The notes under the pieces were generated by a model. The model saw only the letters and a list, made by a program, of their open reading frames with translations, was not told where the DNA came from and searched no databases. Position numbers and translations under genes: made by a program. This document shows positions 9,102 through 18,398 of a stretch of 64,000 nt of DNA, in pieces (within the stretch, counting starts at the first letter, position 1; every line of letters begins with the position of its first letter). Source of the DNA: an uncultured Lachnospiraceae bacterium (GTDB lineage Bacteria; Bacillota; Clostridia; Lachnospirales; Lachnospiraceae); NCBI GenBank assembly GCA_902801415.1, contig CADCIK010000002.1, positions 17,912-81,911 on the forward strand. The letters run 5' to 3'.

Positions 9102-12100
9102 TCATGCGGGTTCCGGAGCGGGCTTTCCGGCGGGTTCAACGTCCGGCTCTGCCGAAGGCTCTTCAGCAGGTTCAACAGTCGGCTCTTCAGCAGGTTCTGC
9201 AGTGGGTTCAGCGGCCGGTTCTGCCGCAGGTTCGGCAACAGGCTCGGCCGATGCGGGCTCCTCTGCAGGAACGACTGCTTTTCTGCGGCGCGTGCGACGC
9301 GACAGGACGACCCAGAGGATCAGGAGCAGGATGCCGGCGGCTGTCAGGCAGAAACCGTACAGCAGGCCGGGCGTCTCGTAGCGAAGCTCGATCGTATGAT
9401 GACCTGGCGTGAGCCAGAGTCCCATGTACATGATGTTGACGTTCTCGAGAACGGCCGGTGAACCGTCCACATAGGCTCTCCATCCCTTGGAATAGGGGAT
9501 CGTCAGGCACAGGAGCTTGTTCTCTGTAACGGTGATCTCTCCGGTGACGCCTCCGGATACAAAGCTGGAGGGATCCTGGTGGATGTCCACGTTTTCAAGA
9601 GACTCAGCGGCGAGAGCAGCCACTTTGTCCTCATAACCGGTAAGGGGTTCGGAAACCACGGAGAAGGTATCAAAGTGGTAAATGCCCGTCTTGGGGAATG
9701 TGACCACGATGGATGAGATCTCATCGTCTACCGTGAAGGAGTTCAGCAGGAAATCCTGGCGGCCGGAGTAGAACTGCTCGTCGCTCGGCAGGATATAATT
9801 GACTTCGTTGCTTGTTACAGTTTTTTGGCCCTTGCAGAATTCAGCGCCGATCTTGATATTGGCAGCAGGCGGATCCGCATGGATCTTCCGCCACATCTGA
9901 TACTTCTGATAATTGCTCCTTGCGGCTAACATCTCAGAGGTATAGAGATTGTCGGGATCATACTGCGGGTCATCGGAGAAGATCTGGAAATCATCGGTCG
10001 GCGTAAACTGTATGTTGTTCATATACAGATAGCATTCCCCGCCTGTGACGGGCTCGAAAGTGAGCTCGACCTGCGCCTCATTCCTTGTGACAACGAAAGT
10101 CTGCGCGTCCGTCTGCACAACATCTTTGGAAAGAGGAGCCGTCGTAAACTCGACCTCTTTACAGTCCAGACGGCCTGTCAGTTCCTCTACGGAGCCGGGT
10201 GTCTCGAGGTTGTTGGTGGACTCAGTCACAGCATAAGAGAGCATGATCTCCTGGCGCTGTGCGGGCGTCATCGCGTCAAATTTGGCTCTGTTGATCGTCC
10301 TGTTATAGGTATAGCCCAGAGGGAGCGGACGAAGGTTGGGATATACGGCTTTGGCCGATTTCATATCCAATGGCTCTTCCGCGTAACCGACAGGAAGCTT
10401 TTCAGGATGCAGGCAGTAGAGATACTGCACGGACGCCAGTTCATTCAGGATCGCTCTTGCGTCCAGGTTCGTGAACTGCCATGCGTTGTTGTTGACGTCT
10501 GAAACTCCGAGCGCTTCCAGAAACTCGAGAATATAGGAGTTATTGACACTCCAGAAGGACTGCGTCGTTGAAACGCCGTTAAGAATGGAGCTGTTCTGAT
10601 ACCAGTAACCGGGCTCTGTGTTGGAGACTCTTGTAAAAGCGTCGCTCTTAAATCCGATCGTCGATGCGATTTGAGAGGTATCGTTGAGCCAGAAGTTTTT
10701 GTCATTGGCAGGAGAGGCGCCTGACCCGCTTCTGAGAGGCGCGAGGCACTCCAGATCCTTGTATACTTCGATACGGTTGTGGCGGTCCTCCGGCAGTTCG
10801 TAGACGTCGGGATAGTTCTCAGCGATTCCGTTTACACAGATCCCTGCGATAGTCAGAAAGAGAATGGCTCTCTGTGCGCGGTTAAACTTTTTCACGCTGC
10901 GCGCGGATTCCTCATACTGCGCTTTCTGGGACAGCAGAAGGTGCAGGAGCGTGATACAGGTGAGAATAAAAGGCGCGAGGAAATAAAAATCTCTCGAATA
11001 GGCCAAAATAAAGCAGAGCAGCATGTATACGGTGAGCCCCACGGTCATAAAACGTTTGGAGCGCTCGCTCAGAGAGAACAAGTCAGGCCACAGCTCCGCT
11101 ACAAGCATGGCGATCATCGCGGAATAAGCCCAGCACCAGCGGTTGATGGGATAAGAAAAGCCGTTGGTCAGATAACCGAAGGCCGGGATAAAGAGCAGAG
11201 CAGTATACAGGAGGAACTGCAGGCGGAGTTTGATGTGCCCCTTGATGCTGAACAGAAGGAAGACACACAGGAGCGCCGTGCCCGCATAACAGAGCGCGCC
11301 GTACTCCACCTCTCTGCAGGCCAGAAAGCTCTCCGGAAGCTGACGGCAGGAGCGGATCTCGTAAAAGAGATTGATAGTCGGATTGAGGGAGACGCGCTTA
11401 TTGCCGAGCACTGTCTGCGCCATCGGAAGAAGGATCACGCCGCCCATAGCGACGCCGATCGTGCCGGCGGCGAACATTGTCACGATCTCAAGAAGGCGGC
11501 GCGCCCACTCGCCTTTGGCAAAAGGAATGTAGCGGAACAGCGCATAGAGGACCGCCATAAGGACGATGCTGACGATAAAGTAGAAATTGCTGACGGTCGC
11601 AAGACAGATCGAGATAATAAAGAGCCAGGGCCTTCCGCCGGCCCGCACCTTCTCGATGCCCAGAAGGACAAGCGGGAAAATGATCAGCGCATTCAGAAAG
11701 ATCGGCTGGCCGAAGCATGTGATCAGGGAAAAGCCGCAGAAAGTATAGATCAGGGCACCTGCCAGGCAGCCCTTGTCATGTGCAGCCTCCGGCCAGCGGA
11801 AGCGGCAGAGTGCGCTGAAGGCAAGACCCGTGCAGTAGTTTTTGACAAGGATCAGAAGACAATAGAACAGATAGATATATCTGGCAGGCACCAGCGCGCT
11901 CAGAAGATAGAAAGGATCTCCCACACCGTAATAGGCGAGCGTCGTCATCGCGTCGGAGCCGTATCCGATCGAGAAGGAATAGGTGGAGATCGCCTTGAAA
12001 TTTCCGTGGAGCAGTGCCTTGAGGGTCTGCCGGTACCACCTGGAGATATAGACCATGGCCTTGAGGTGCTGCGTATAGGAATCGTGTTCCCACACAAAGC

Positions 12101-12209
12101 TCTTGTTCATGACCAGAAACGGCGCGTAGATGACCAGCGCGGTGACGATAAAGAGAAGCGTATAACGGATATAGTAGGATACACGGTTCTTAGCGGATAC
12201 TGTTTTCAT
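9102..12209 (-). CDS. YfhO-family membrane protein (GT-C glycosyltransferase-like) with acidic Pro-rich tail
   Basis: Many TM helices, YYGVGDPF, NGFSYPINRW and C-terminal TIPYSKGWRAYVDG..PGHHTIELRYETPG. Confidence 0.85.
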   Translation of the reverse strand: MKTVSAKNRVSYYIRYTLLFIVTALVIYAPFLVMNKSFVWEHDSYTQHLKAMVYISRWYRQTLKALLHGNFKAISTYSFSIGYGSDAMTTLAYYGVGDPFYLLSALVPARYIYLFYCLLILVKNYCTGLAFSALCRFRWPEAAHDKGCLAGALIYTFCGFSLITCFGQPIFLNALIIFPLVLLGIEKVRAGGRPWLFIISICLATVSNFYFIVSIVLMAVLYALFRYIPFAKGEWARRLLEIVTMFAAGTIGVAMGGVILLPMAQTVLGNKRVSLNPTINLFYEIRSCRQLPESFLACREVEYGALCYAGTALLCVFLLFSIKGHIKLRLQFLLYTALLFIPAFGYLTNGFSYPINRWCWAYSAMIAMLVAELWPDLFSLSERSKRFMTVGLTVYMLLCFILAYSRDFYFLAPFILTCITLLHLLLSQKAQYEESARSVKKFNRAQRAILFLTIAGICVNGIAENYPDVYELPEDRHNRIEVYKDLECLAPLRSGSGASPANDKNFWLNDTSQIASTIGFKSDAFTRVSNTEPGYWYQNSSILNGVSTTQSFWSVNNSYILEFLEALGVSDVNNNAWQFTNLDARAILNELASVQYLYCLHPEKLPVGYAEEPLDMKSAKAVYPNLRPLPLGYTYNRTINRAKFDAMTPAQRQEIMLSYAVTESTNNLETPGSVEELTGRLDCKEVEFTTAPLSKDVVQTDAQTFVVTRNEAQVELTFEPVTGGECYLYMNNIQFTPTDDFQIFSDDPQYDPDNLYTSEMLAARSNYQKYQMWRKIHADPPAANIKIGAEFCKGQKTVTSNEVNYILPSDEQFYSGRQDFLLNSFTVDDEISSIVVTFPKTGIYHFDTFSVVSEPLTGYEDKVAALAAESLENVDIHQDPSSFVSGGVTGEITVTENKLLCLTIPYSKGWRAYVDGSPAVLENVNIMYMGLWLTPGHHTIELRYETPGLLYGFCLTAAGILLLILWVVLSRRTRRRKAVVPAEEPASAEPVAEPAAEPAAEPTAEPAEEPTVEPAEEPSAEPDVEPAGKPAPEPA
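9105..9268 (-). repeat. Coding 12-bp-period repeat ((A/V)EP(A/T/S)-like) at the YfhO C-terminus
   Basis: AEEPASAEPVAEPAAEPAAEPTAEPAEEPTVEPAEEPSAEPDVEP. Confidence 0.8.
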
Positions 12210-12262
12210 TGGGGGACCTCCCAGATCAATTCTTCCAAGTATCTTATCATATTTGCATATAT

Positions 12263-12314
12263 AAAAAAAGAGAACACCGGTATACCAGGGGTCTGACCCC
12301 CGGTATACCGGTGT
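12263..12314 (-). terminator. Strong intrinsic terminator downstream of the small ORF
   Basis: acaccggtataccgggg/cctggtataccggtgt stem followed by tctcttttttt on the minus strand. Confidence 0.85.
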
Positions 12315-12343
12315 CTATAAACTTCGGCTGCAAGGCCCGATGG

Positions 12344-12541
12344 TCAGGCCCCGCGGTGGTTTCTGTGGTATCTCATATATTGATCCATTACTGAGCTGCT
12401 GTTTCCGGACATAGCAGCAGGGGCAGCATGGAACAGCTCTCTGATCTTTCTGAACCAGCCGGGAATTCCACTGCCGGAGTGGGTATTTCCCGATCCGACC
12501 GGTCTGCTGCCGGTTGGGGTTATGAGTTTTCCTTGTGTCAT
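12344..12541 (-). CDS. Small hypothetical protein (65 aa)
   Basis: AGAAAGGAGG RBS 8 nt before ATG, own terminator immediately downstream, fills an otherwise empty intergenic gap. Confidence 0.6.
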   Translation of the reverse strand: MTQGKLITPTGSRPVGSGNTHSGSGIPGWFRKIRELFHAAPAAMSGNSSSVMDQYMRYHRNHRGA

Positions 12542-12747
12542 CACCGGCACCTCCTTTCTGTGAATACCTGGTTAACTCTGCGGAAATGCTTTCCCGCCAC
12601 CCGTTAATGTATATGAAATAAGCGCACTGCGAAAGGCAGGTTTTTGACATGAATTAGGAGAATTCCGACCCGGGAAATGCCAATCGCGGATGAGCGCAAG
12701 TGTGTTATGATAGTAGAAGTCATTACATATAAAGGAGCAACATTCAT

Positions 12748-14949
12748 ATGCAGATCAATGAAAAGATCGCCCGGGACCTGGGCGTAAAGACATGGCAGGT
12801 GGAGGCGGCTGTAAAGCTGATCGACGAGGGCAATACGATCCCCTTCATCGCCAGATACAGAAAAGAAGCGACCGGAACGCTGACGGACGAACAGCTGCGC
12901 GACCTCGGCGAATCTCTGGCCTATCTGCGCTCTCTGCAGGAGCGGAAGGAAAAGGTCATGGAGAGCATCGATGAGCAGGGAAAGCTCACAGCTGAGCTCA
13001 GAAAGCGCATCGAAGAGGCGCAGACCCTTGTGGAAGTGGAGGATCTCTACCTTCCCTACCGTCCCAAGAGAAGGACCCGCGCCGGCATTGCGAAGGAGAG
13101 GGGCCTGCAGGGCCTGGCGGACTATATTCTGGCCATGAAGAAAGGCAGCAATGTGCTGAAGGAAGCGGAGAAGTACGTAGATCCGGACAAGGAAGTGCCG
13201 GACGCAGAAGCTGCCGCGGCCGGCGCGATGGATATCGTTGCCGAGCAGATTTCCGATGAGGCGCGCTTCCGCGCTTATATCCGCGAGAAGACATGGAAAA
13301 GCGGCACGATCGTGACGTCCGAGAAGGCGCAGAAGAAGAAGGACGACGAAGACGGAAAGAAGGAGAGCGGAAAGCCCGCGGGCAAAAAGGAGAGACGGGA
13401 TGTCTATGAGATGTACTTTGAATACGAGGAGGCGCTCCGCAGAATACCGGGCCACCGCGTGCTTGCCGTAAACCGCGGCGAGAAGGAGAATTATCTCACT
13501 GTCAAAATACAGGCGCCGGAGGAGGAGATCCTCACCTATCTGGAAAAGCAGGTGACACACGGCGAGAAGAACCCCGACCCGGATACCTTTACCTATATCA
13601 AGGCGGCCGTAAAGGACAGCTATAACCGTCTGATCGCCCCTGCGATCGAGAGAGAGCTCAGAAACCAGATGACGGAGGAAGCGGAGGACGGAGCGATCCG
13701 CGTGTTTGCCTCCAACCTGGAGCAGCTTCTGATGCAGCAGCCGATCGCCGGCAAAGTCGTGCTGGGCTGGGATCCCGCCTTCCGCACGGGCTGCAAGCTG
13801 GCTGTCGCGGATCCTACAGGAAGGATCCTGGATACGACTGTGATCTTCCCCACAGCGCCTCAGAACAAAGTCCGCGAAGCGAAACGGGTGCTGCGGGATC
13901 TTGTGGACAAATACAATGTCTCTGTGATCAGCGTCGGAAACGGCACAGCGTCGAGAGAATCCGAGCAGGTGATCACGGAGTTTATAAGGGAAGCGGGCAG
14001 ACCGGTCCAGTACGTGATCGTCAACGAGGCCGGTGCCTCCGTCTACAGCGCCAGCAAGCTGGCAACGGAGGAGTTCCCCTCCTTTGACGTCGGGCAAAGG
14101 AGCGCGGCGTCGATCGCCAGAAGGCTGCAGGATCCGCTCGCGGAGCTCGTCAAGATCGATCCCAAGGCTATCGGCGTCGGTCAGTACCAGCACGATATGA
14201 ACCAGAAGAAGCTGGACGGCGCCCTGACAGGCGTCGTCGAGAAATGCGTCAACCGCGTCGGCGTGGACCTGAACACGGCGTCCTTCTCGCTCCTGTCCTA
14301 TATCTCCGGCATCAGCAAAAACGTGGCCAAGAATATTGTCTCTTACAGGGAGGAAAACGGCGCCTTCCGCAACAGGAAAGAACTCCTTAAAGTGACGGGC
14401 CTGGGACCGAAAGCGTTCCAGCAGTGCGCGGGATTCCTGCGGATCCGCGGAGGCGACCAGCCGCTCGACGAGACGTCCGTCCACCCGGAGAGCTACAGCG
14501 CGGTCAAAGAACTGCTGGCCGGACTGGGTCTGTCTATGGACAGGGAGTCCTTTAAGGCGGCGGTCAGAATGACTGCGGATCCGGCGGCGAAGGCGAAAGA
14601 ACTCGGGATCGGCGAGCCCACACTGCGCGACATCCTGAGCGAACTGGAAAAGCCCGCCAGGGACCCCAGAGAAGAAATGCCGGCGCCGGTCCTCAGAAGC
14701 GACGTGCTGTCTATAGAGGATCTCAAGCCGGGGCTCACACTCAAGGGCACAGTGCGCAATATTGTGGATTTTGGCGCCTTTGTAGATATCGGCGTCCACC
14801 AGGACGGACTGGTCCATATCTCCAAAATGAGCCGCAGATTTATCAAACATCCGCTTGAAGTGGTCCGCGTGGGAGACGTGGTGGATGTAACGGTGCTCGG
14901 CGTGGACGCGGGCAAGAAGAGGATCTCGCTGTCAATGATCGGGGAATGA
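12748..14949 (+). CDS. tex: Tex-family RNA-binding transcriptional accessory protein
   Basis: EGNTIPFIARYRKEATG, WDPAFRTGCK, VNEAGASVYSAS, IGVGQYQHD, HhH and C-terminal S1 (FGAFVDIGVHQDGLVHIS). Confidence 0.96.
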   Translation: MQINEKIARDLGVKTWQVEAAVKLIDEGNTIPFIARYRKEATGTLTDEQLRDLGESLAYLRSLQERKEKVMESIDEQGKLTAELRKRIEEAQTLVEVEDLYLPYRPKRRTRAGIAKERGLQGLADYILAMKKGSNVLKEAEKYVDPDKEVPDAEAAAAGAMDIVAEQISDEARFRAYIREKTWKSGTIVTSEKAQKKKDDEDGKKESGKPAGKKERRDVYEMYFEYEEALRRIPGHRVLAVNRGEKENYLTVKIQAPEEEILTYLEKQVTHGEKNPDPDTFTYIKAAVKDSYNRLIAPAIERELRNQMTEEAEDGAIRVFASNLEQLLMQQPIAGKVVLGWDPAFRTGCKLAVADPTGRILDTTVIFPTAPQNKVREAKRVLRDLVDKYNVSVISVGNGTASRESEQVITEFIREAGRPVQYVIVNEAGASVYSASKLATEEFPSFDVGQRSAASIARRLQDPLAELVKIDPKAIGVGQYQHDMNQKKLDGALTGVVEKCVNRVGVDLNTASFSLLSYISGISKNVAKNIVSYREENGAFRNRKELLKVTGLGPKAFQQCAGFLRIRGGDQPLDETSVHPESYSAVKELLAGLGLSMDRESFKAAVRMTADPAAKAKELGIGEPTLRDILSELEKPARDPREEMPAPVLRSDVLSIEDLKPGLTLKGTVRNIVDFGAFVDIGVHQDGLVHISKMSRRFIKHPLEVVRVGDVVDVTVLGVDAGKKRISLSMIGE

Positions 14950-14971
14950 AGACCCGGGAAAGGGGTAATCG

Positions 14972-17389
14972 ATGAAAAATATGGTTTTTAACCGGGAAGT
15001 CTATGCCGGATATGCCCGCAAAGCACAGGCGGAAGGCGCCGTTCTTCTGGAAAACAGAAACGGTGCGCTGCCTCTGGCGCCGGGAAGCAGGGTCGCCCTG
15101 TTCGGGCGCAGCCAGTTCCACTATTACAAAAGCGGGACCGGCTCGGGAGGCATGGTCAATACCGATTATGTGACCGGCGTGCGGGAAGCCATTCTGCAGA
15201 GGGACGCCTATGTGCTGGCGGCTTCCGTGGAAAAAGCCTATGAAGATTGGCTGCCATCTCACCCCTTTGATCCCGGGCGCGGCTGGGCGACAGAGCCCTG
15301 GTTCCAGGAGGAGATGGTACCGGAAGAGGAGCTGGTCAGGGAAGCCGCGCGGGAAGCGGACGCCGCGATCGTGATCATAGGAAGGACCGCCGGCGAGGAC
15401 AAGGACAACAGCCCTTCGCCTGGAAGCTGGTATCTGACCGGGCAGGAGGAGACGATGCTGGAGAGAGTCTGCGCGGCTTTCGAGAGGACTATCGTGATCC
15501 TGAATGTGGGCAATATCATGGATATGAACTGGGTGCAGCGCTTTTCGCCGGCTGCAGTGCTCTATGTATGGCAGGGCGGACAGGAAGGCGGAAACGGGAT
15601 CCTGGACCTTCTGACGGGAGAGATCTCCCCGTCCGGAAAGCTGGCCGATACCATCGCACGGGATATCACCGATTACCCCTCTGACGCTGACTTCGCGGAT
15701 CCGGACAGGAACTATTACGCGGAGGATATCTATGTCGGCTATCGGTATTTTGAAACCTTTGCAAAGGAAAAGGTCCTGTATCCCTTCGGATACGGCCTCT
15801 CTTATACGACCTTTGAGATCCGCGGACAGGGAATGGAGAGCATCGGCGACGACACGATCAACTTCCGCGCGCGCGTGATCAACACTGGCACAGTGCCGGG
15901 CAAGGAAGTCGTGCAGATCTACTGCGAAGCGCCTCAGGGAAAGCTGGGAAAGCCTGCGAGAGTGCTGTGCGCATTCCGCAAGACTATCACACTGGATCCC
16001 GGACACTTCCAGGAAGTGCGCTTCAAGGTGCCGATCCGCGCGATCGCCAGCTATGACGACAGTGGGGTGACCGGTCACAAGTCCGCCTGGGTCCTGGAGG
16101 AAGGCACATACAACTTCCACATGGGATGCAGCGTGCGTGACACGAAGCCTTGCGGAAGCCTGCAGCTGAGCGGAACGGCGGTGATCGAGCAGCTGGAGGA
16201 AGCGATGGCGCCGATCCGCGCTTTTGACCGCATGAAGCCGCAGCTGTGCCAAAACACCGCACAGGCAGCCGGCACTGATGCGGGGACAGAGAGCGCCTCT
16301 TACACAGTTATATATGAGCCGGCGCCGCTGCGGACGGAAGATCCGCTGGCGAGACGGGCAAAGAGACTGCCTCCCGAATATCCCTATACAGGTGACCGGG
16401 GATACCGTCTCAAAGATGTGGCTGAGGGAAAAGTGACCATGGAGGCGTTTCTTGCCCAGCTTTCCGACGAGGACCTGGCGTGCCTTACCCGCGGGGAGGG
16501 CATGTGTTCACCCAAGGTGACGCCCGGGACGGCGTCCGCATTCGGCGGTCTTACGGAAAGTCTGGTACGGTTCGGGCTTCCGGCCGCGTGCTGTTCGGAC
16601 GGCCCCAGCGGGATCCGCATGGACACGGGAGCGATCGCGTTCTCCATTCCCTCCGGGACCTGTCTTGCCTGCACTTTCAATCTGGTCCTGGTCAAGGAGC
16701 TCTTTGACTGGCTGGGTGCGGAAGTGCGCATGAATGAGATCGACACCCTTCTCGGTCCCGGCATGAATATTCACAGGCATCCCCTGAACGGAAGAAACTT
16801 CGAGTACTTTTCAGAGGATCCCTTCCTGACAGGAAAAATGGCAGCCGTTCAGCTGCGCGGCCTTCGCGAAAGCGGCGTAGTCGGCACCGTTAAGCACTAC
16901 TGCGCCAATAACCAGGAGTACAGGCGCATGAAAACAGACTCTGTCATCTCCGAGAGAGCGCTCCGGGAGATCTATCTGCGGGGCTTTGAAATGGCGGTGC
17001 GGGAAGGCGCAGCGACCTCGGTCATGACGACTTACGGATCGGTCAACGGTGCGTGGACGGCGTCCCAGTATGATCTGCTGACCACGATCCTGCGCGGGCA
17101 GTTCGGATTCGGAGGGATTGTTATGACGGACTGGGGCGCATCGGGAAGCGAGGAAAACGGGCCGGAGAGCCGGCAGCAGACTGCGAGCATGATCCGAGCC
17201 CAGAACGATCTGTACATGGTCGTGGACGACGCGGCGTCAAACTCCAATAACGATGATACGCTGCAGGGCCTTGGCGAAGGAAGGATCACCCGCGGAGAGC
17301 TGCAGAGAGCCGCTTACAATATCTGCAGGTTCCTTCTGGATACGCCTGCGTTTGCGCGCCTGTATCAGACTGAGAATGAGGATATGTGA
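14972..17389 (+). CDS. GH3 beta-glucosidase with permuted domain order (alpha/beta sandwich, Fn3-like, then TIM barrel)
   Basis: AEGAVLLEN, EDIYVGYRYF and YPFGYGLSYT precede DGPSGIR, GRNFEYFSEDP, KHY and VMTDW (nucleophile). Confidence 0.93.
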   Translation: MKNMVFNREVYAGYARKAQAEGAVLLENRNGALPLAPGSRVALFGRSQFHYYKSGTGSGGMVNTDYVTGVREAILQRDAYVLAASVEKAYEDWLPSHPFDPGRGWATEPWFQEEMVPEEELVREAAREADAAIVIIGRTAGEDKDNSPSPGSWYLTGQEETMLERVCAAFERTIVILNVGNIMDMNWVQRFSPAAVLYVWQGGQEGGNGILDLLTGEISPSGKLADTIARDITDYPSDADFADPDRNYYAEDIYVGYRYFETFAKEKVLYPFGYGLSYTTFEIRGQGMESIGDDTINFRARVINTGTVPGKEVVQIYCEAPQGKLGKPARVLCAFRKTITLDPGHFQEVRFKVPIRAIASYDDSGVTGHKSAWVLEEGTYNFHMGCSVRDTKPCGSLQLSGTAVIEQLEEAMAPIRAFDRMKPQLCQNTAQAAGTDAGTESASYTVIYEPAPLRTEDPLARRAKRLPPEYPYTGDRGYRLKDVAEGKVTMEAFLAQLSDEDLACLTRGEGMCSPKVTPGTASAFGGLTESLVRFGLPAACCSDGPSGIRMDTGAIAFSIPSGTCLACTFNLVLVKELFDWLGAEVRMNEIDTLLGPGMNIHRHPLNGRNFEYFSEDPFLTGKMAAVQLRGLRESGVVGTVKHYCANNQEYRRMKTDSVISERALREIYLRGFEMAVREGAATSVMTTYGSVNGAWTASQYDLLTTILRGQFGFGGIVMTDWGASGSEENGPESRQQTASMIRAQNDLYMVVDDAASNSNNDDTLQGLGEGRITRGELQRAAYNICRFLLDTPAFARLYQTENEDM

Positions 17390-17444
17390 GAACAGCGCTG
17401 TTGTAATAAGCGGTCATGAAAGAACAGGCATAAGGGGGACCACT

Positions 17445-18353
17445 ATGAAACTGATGGTATTTGACGTAGGCGGAACAGAGATCAAATACAGCGTTATGGA
17501 TGAGACACTCGTCGGAAGAGATGGCGGGAGCGTGCCGACGCCCATGACGGATCAGGAGGACTTCATCGAAACGCTGTATGCGCTCTACGCCCCTCACAAA
17601 GATGAGGTGGAGGGGATCGCTATGAGTCTTCCGGGCTTCATCGACAGTGTGAACGGCGTCTGCCTGGGCGGCGGCGCGCTGCATTACAACAAGGGACAGA
17701 AAGTCGCGGAACCCCTGTCGAAGAGGGCCGGATGCCCGGTGCACATTGCCAATGACGGAAAATGCGCCGCGCTCGCGGAGCTGAAAAGCGGCGCCCTCAA
17801 GGGGTGCCGCAATGCAAGCGTGTATATTATCGGTACGGGGGTAGGCGGAGGCCTTATTATCAACGGAGAGATCCTGAACGGCATGCACTTCACAGCGGGA
17901 GAGTACAGCTTCCTGCGTCTTAGCAATGCGGACTGGGACGATCCGGGAACGACAGCCGGCATGATATGCAGTACGACAGGGCTGATGGATCTCAACCGCC
18001 GCATGACCGGGTTCAGCACAGATCCGCTCATGAACGGCAGGCAGTTTTTTGACAAAGTGAACGCGGGAGACCCCGCGTCGCTGAATGTCCTGAAGAGATT
18101 CTGCAGGCAGGTCGCCATGCACATCGCCAATCTGACCATCCTTCTGGATCTGGAGAAAGTCGCGATCGGAGGAGGCATCAGCCGGCAGCCGGTTCTCACA
18201 GAGACGATCTGCGAGTGCCTGGATGAGCTGTACAGTAATCCCGGTCATTATTTTGACCCTGCGCTGCCCAGGACAGAGGTCGTAAAATGCAGGTTTGGGA
18301 GCGAAGCGAACCAGGTCGGCGCCTATTACTACTATAGAATGGCTATGGAGTAA
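17445..18353 (+). CDS. ROK-family sugar kinase (beta-glucoside kinase-like)
   Basis: FDVGGTEIK, IANDGKCAALAE, IGTGVGGG, AGE; no HTH; follows the GH3 gene. Confidence 0.88.
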   Translation: MKLMVFDVGGTEIKYSVMDETLVGRDGGSVPTPMTDQEDFIETLYALYAPHKDEVEGIAMSLPGFIDSVNGVCLGGGALHYNKGQKVAEPLSKRAGCPVHIANDGKCAALAELKSGALKGCRNASVYIIGTGVGGGLIINGEILNGMHFTAGEYSFLRLSNADWDDPGTTAGMICSTTGLMDLNRRMTGFSTDPLMNGRQFFDKVNAGDPASLNVLKRFCRQVAMHIANLTILLDLEKVAIGGGISRQPVLTETICECLDELYSNPGHYFDPALPRTEVVKCRFGSEANQVGAYYYYRMAME

Positions 18354-18398
18354 GGAACGGAGCGGACCTGTGCGCAAGCCTGTGTGCGGAAGAAGCGC

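Noticed and set aside
10779-12296. 505-aa plus-strand ORF, and similar long ORFs at 2025-3386, 3401-4846, 14843-16252, 28970-30298 and 33074-34471
   Set aside because: All lie opposite well-supported genes and have shadow-like composition with no domain motifs
12604-14850. 748-aa minus-strand ORF
   Set aside because: Antisense shadow of tex; no recognisable motifs; expected from strong codon bias
14972-17389. Reversed GH3 domain order as a novelty
   Set aside because: This permuted arrangement is already known from rumen Firmicute beta-glucosidases
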